Of a stretch of 64,000 nt of DNA, positions 61,348 to 64,000 are shown piece after piece. Each line of letters begins with the position of its first letter. Positions within the stretch are counted from its first letter, which is position 1. The stretch comes from an uncultured Gemmatimonadales bacterium (GTDB lineage: Bacteria; Gemmatimonadota; Gemmatimonadetes; Gemmatimonadales; GWC2-71-9): contig CAVSLV010000002.1 of the NCBI GenBank assembly GCA_963728915.1, positions 33,457 to 97,456 on the forward strand, given 5' to 3'. Position numbers and translations under genes: made by a program. The notes beneath the pieces were generated by a model. It saw nothing but the letters and a program-made list of their open reading frames with translations. It was not told where the DNA came from and did not search any database.

Positions 61348-62364
61348 CTACAGGAGGTCGTTGCCCCGGGCCAGATGCTCGGCGAAGCGCGAGGGGGAGA
61401 TGTTGGTCCCGCAGACGATCAGACCGACTTTCCTGCCCCGCAGCCGCTCCCGGAGTGGTCCGAGCAACCCGGCGGTAGCGGCGGCACCGGCCGGCTCGAC
61501 CGCGAGCTTGGCACTCCGGAAGAGGAGGGCCAGCGCCTCCCGCATGGCGTCGTCGCTCACCAGGACCAGGTCGGTGAGGCCGCGCCGGCAGAGATCCAGA
61601 CTGTAGGGCAGGGTGTAGGGCGGACTCAGGCTGTCGGCGATGGTGCGAGCCCCGCCTTCCGGTACCCGCTCCGGTTGCCCCGAGCGGAGGCTCCGCCACA
61701 TCACGTCGTTCCCCTCCGGTTCGACTCCATACACTTCGCATCGGGGCGCGAGCAGCCGGATCGCGGTCGCCACGCCGGCGGCAAGACCTCCACCACCCAC
61801 CGGCACGATCACGGCATCGAGGTCGGGCACCTGCCGGATCAGCTCGCGGCCCAGGGTCGCAGTGCCCAGCGCGGTCCTGGGGCCTTCGAAGGGGTGCACG
61901 AAGCTCCGGCCCTCCTCCCGCTCGATCCGCTCGGCCTCGGCAAATGCCTGGTGCACATCCTCGACCAGCACCGGCAGGGCACCTAACCCGCGGCATCGCT
62001 CCACCCGGAAGGGATCCGCGCTCTTCGGCATCACCACCTTGGCGCTCGCGCCCAGCACCCGCGCCGCCCACGACACCGCGATCGCGTGGTTGCCGGCACT
62101 CACCGCGGTGACCCCGCGGTCCAGGGCGGCACGGTCGAGACCCTGCATGACCGAGAGCGCGCCCCGCGCCTTGAAGCTCCCGGCGTGCTGCCACAGCTCG
62201 AGCTTCAGGACCGGTTCGGCGCCGGTGCGCCGGACAATGATTTCGTCCGGAAAGGACCAGACCGGGGTTTCCCGGATGTGTGGCGCAAGATCGGTCGCAG
62301 TGGCCTCGATCTCGGCGATGGAAAGGGTCATGTGTCCGCTGGCTCTTTCGCGCTCGTCAGACAA
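61348..62364 (-). CDS. PLP-dependent threonine/serine dehydratase (beta-family)
   Basis: PLP-lysine motif GSFKARGA. Also SAGNHA and GGGGL motifs. Confidence 0.85.
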   Translation of the reverse strand: MSDERERASGHMTLSIAEIEATATDLAPHIRETPVWSFPDEIIVRRTGAEPVLKLELWQHAGSFKARGALSVMQGLDRAALDRGVTAVSAGNHAIAVSWAARVLGASAKVVMPKSADPFRVERCRGLGALPVLVEDVHQAFAEAERIEREEGRSFVHPFEGPRTALGTATLGRELIRQVPDLDAVIVPVGGGGLAAGVATAIRLLAPRCEVYGVEPEGNDVMWRSLRSGQPERVPEGGARTIADSLSPPYTLPYSLDLCRRGLTDLVLVSDDAMREALALLFRSAKLAVEPAGAAATAGLLGPLRERLRGRKVGLIVCGTNISPSRFAEHLARGNDLL

Positions 62365-62396
62365 TGAGGAACGAGATTAACCAGGAGGAGGGTTCC

Positions 62397-62756
62397 ATGC
62401 GACTGAAGTCTTTGGCTCTGCTGGCCGGTCTCGCGGGGTTCACCGCAACGGGCTGCTACAAAAACCGGGTCGAGGAGGGAATGCTCGCGGAAGAAACCGC
62501 GACGGTCCGGGTGGAGAACGACAACGTCTCCAGCATGCGGGTGTCGGTGGTCCGGGCGCCGAGCGGAACCGAGTATCGGCTGGGAACCGCGACGGGCATG
62601 ACGTCGACCGATTTCCAGATTCCCCGCAGTCTCCTGAATGGGGTCAGCGAGCTCACCTTCGAGATCACCCCGTTGAGCGGTGGTCAGGCCCGGTTTTCCC
62701 GGACGATCACCATCAGCCCGGGCGAAGAGCTGATTCTGCGAATACCGCCCATCTAG
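62397..62756 (+). CDS. Small lipoprotein of unknown function
   Basis: AGGAGGAG Shine-Dalgarno 7-14 nt upstream. Lipobox LAGFTATGC. Confidence 0.65.
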   Translation: MRLKSLALLAGLAGFTATGCYKNRVEEGMLAEETATVRVENDNVSSMRVSVVRAPSGTEYRLGTATGMTSTDFQIPRSLLNGVSELTFEITPLSGGQARFSRTITISPGEELILRIPPI

Positions 62757-63679
62757 AAGACCTGAGGATCGACGTTCCCGCCGCAGAGGATTACGAGAGC
62801 CCTGCGGCGCGGAACGCCGCCTCGCAGGTAGCCCGCCAGCGCCACTCCGGCGGCCCCTTCCACCAGGAAACCGTGGGCATCCCGGACCTGTCGCATCGCC
62901 GTGAGGATTTCCTCCTCGGTGACGGTCACGAAGTCGTCGGCGAGGGCTTTGCATAGTGGAAAAGTGATCGCACCGGGCTCCATCCCGCCGGCGGTGCCGT
63001 CCGAAAGCGTGGGCGCCGATTCCATTTCGAGAATCTCTCCGGCCCGGACTGAAGCGATCATGACCGCGGAGTTTTCCGGGGAACACCCGATCACCTGAAC
63101 GCCGGGCCACACCGCTTTGAGGTGCGCCGCAATCCCGGCGAGCAGGCCCCCACCGCCCAGGGCGACGTACACCTCTTCCACGGGGTCGGTCTGCCGCGCC
63201 AGCTCGACTCCGATGGTTCCCTGCCCGCCGATGACCAGGAGATCGTTGTAGGGAGAGACGTAGGGAATCCCCAGCCGTTCTCCTTCCTGCCGGGCAAACA
63301 CTTCGGCCCCACCCGAGTCGGTGCCGTGCTCCTCGATTGTTCCACCCAGCGAGGCGATGATCGCGAGTTTCCCCGGGCTGGCTCCGCGCGACACCACGAT
63401 CCGCGCCGGGATGCCCACGTGACGTGCCGCATAAGCCACCGCTGCTCCGTGATTGCCGGTGGACGCGGTGATCACGCCCGCTGCGCGGGCGCCCGGGTCG
63501 AGCGAAAGAACCTTGCTGAGCGCGCCGCGGGCCTTGAAGGAACCGGTATGCTGACGATTCTCGAGCTTGAGCAGCGGACCGATCGGAGAGGGAATCAGCG
63601 GCGTCTCGAGGACCCAGGGACGGATCCGTTCCTCCGCGGCGAGAATGTCGCTGCGGACCCGCTCGATCGTGATGTCCAT
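62753..63679 (-). CDS. PLP-dependent enzyme, threonine dehydratase / serine racemase-like paralogue
   Basis: Motifs GSFKARGA, STGNHGAAVAYAA and GGGGLLAG. The track ORF extends upstream; I take the start at the ATG at 63679 (MDITIERV). Confidence 0.8.
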   Translation of the reverse strand: MDITIERVRSDILAAEERIRPWVLETPLIPSPIGPLLKLENRQHTGSFKARGALSKVLSLDPGARAAGVITASTGNHGAAVAYAARHVGIPARIVVSRGASPGKLAIIASLGGTIEEHGTDSGGAEVFARQEGERLGIPYVSPYNDLLVIGGQGTIGVELARQTDPVEEVYVALGGGGLLAGIAAHLKAVWPGVQVIGCSPENSAVMIASVRAGEILEMESAPTLSDGTAGGMEPGAITFPLCKALADDFVTVTEEEILTAMRQVRDAHGFLVEGAAGVALAGYLRGGVPRRRALVILCGGNVDPQVF

Positions 63680-63696
63680 CGGTTGGAAAGAAGGAG

Positions 63697-64000
63697 CTAC
63701 GAGGGCCGGCGGAGAGTGCGAAGGTGGCGGAAGCCCACCATGCGACCGCTTTCTTCGTCCCACAACTTGAGCCGGAGGGTCTTGATGCTCTCCCACACCG
63801 TCAGGGTCGTTGCCCGCTGCAGCTCGGGGTTTTCCCGGTGGCACCGCTCCAGGCTGTAGTTGGGGATGCGCGGACTCAAATGATGCACGTGGTGAAATCC
63901 GATATTGCCGGTAAACCACTGGAACACCCGGGGGAGCCGGAAATAGGAGCTGCCCCTCACGGCGGCCGTGGCGTAGTCCCAGTCGCCACCACCCCGCCAG
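63697..64000 (-). CDS. Fatty acid desaturase, C-terminal part (5' end beyond the window)
   Basis: Third His-box GFHHVHHLSPRIPNY. The frame stays open to the window edge. Confidence 0.8.
   Translation of the reverse strand, partial: WRGGGDWDYATAAVRGSSYFRLPRVFQWFTGNIGFHHVHHLSPRIPNYSLERCHRENPELQRATTLTVWESIKTLRLKLWDEESGRMVGFRHLRTLRRPS

Noticed and set aside
14798-61990. Reading the GGGTTAGG motif as a telomere-like (TTAGGG) repeat, or as a Chi or KOPS-type polar signal.
   Set aside because: All copies are single and never tandem, so nothing here is telomere-like. The copies split 7:7 between strands within 47 kb. That is the opposite of the strong strand polarity expected for Chi or FtsK-orienting sequences away from the origin or terminus.
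1-64000. Search for tRNA, rRNA, tmRNA, riboswitches, prophage, integrase or transposase genes, toxin-antitoxin pairs and known defence systems.
   Set aside because: Non-coding gaps are all under 200 nt, and none shows a cloverleaf-compatible or rRNA-like sequence. No ORF has integrase, transposase, Cas, restriction or abortive-infection motifs that I can recognise. Small RNAs cannot be excluded by eye.

Overview
This is 64 kb of very gene-dense, high-GC bacterial chromosome (roughly two-thirds G+C, judged by eye). TolC, beta-barrel outer-membrane proteins and lipoprotein signal peptides point to a diderm. The lineage cannot be fixed without a database search.

I call about 59 protein-coding genes. 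Many sit in operons whose members overlap by 1 to 4 nt (ATGA, GTGA, TGATG), which suggests translational coupling. I found no rRNA, tRNA, CRISPR array, transposase, integrase or prophage signature. Most long ORFs in the six-frame track that overlap these calls are alternative-frame or antisense artefacts typical of high-GC DNA.

Gene content:
- a multi-step phosphorelay ending in a Ser/Thr kinase (1-4670) and an MCP-like receptor
- leuS
- many secreted peptidases (S58, S54, M20, S41, M61, two M28, D-aminoacylase-like)
- two ECF sigma modules, one heading a TolC/MacAB-type efflux operon
- a PolX plus endonuclease III repair operon
- fabH, a PLD-type phospholipid enzyme and a desaturase

Most interesting observations:
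1. A four-gene, translationally coupled operon (18522-24656) encodes what looks like the complete eukaryote/peroxisome-type ether-lipid pathway. It has alkyl-DHAP synthase, a fused fatty-acyl reductase/DHAP-acyltransferase, a candidate alkyl-DHAP reductase and an outer-membrane barrel.
2. The 9-mer CCTAACCCG/CGGGTTAGG occurs at least 14 times, 7 per strand, in three different reading frames. It forces the very rare TTA/CTA codons, which implies DNA-level selection.
3. Several perfect or near-perfect intergenic inverted repeats are present, including a small family with shared stems.
4. A tandem amidohydrolase gene has lost its signal-peptide N-terminus to a frameshift.

All functional calls rest on motifs I recognise in the translations. 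No searches were run.
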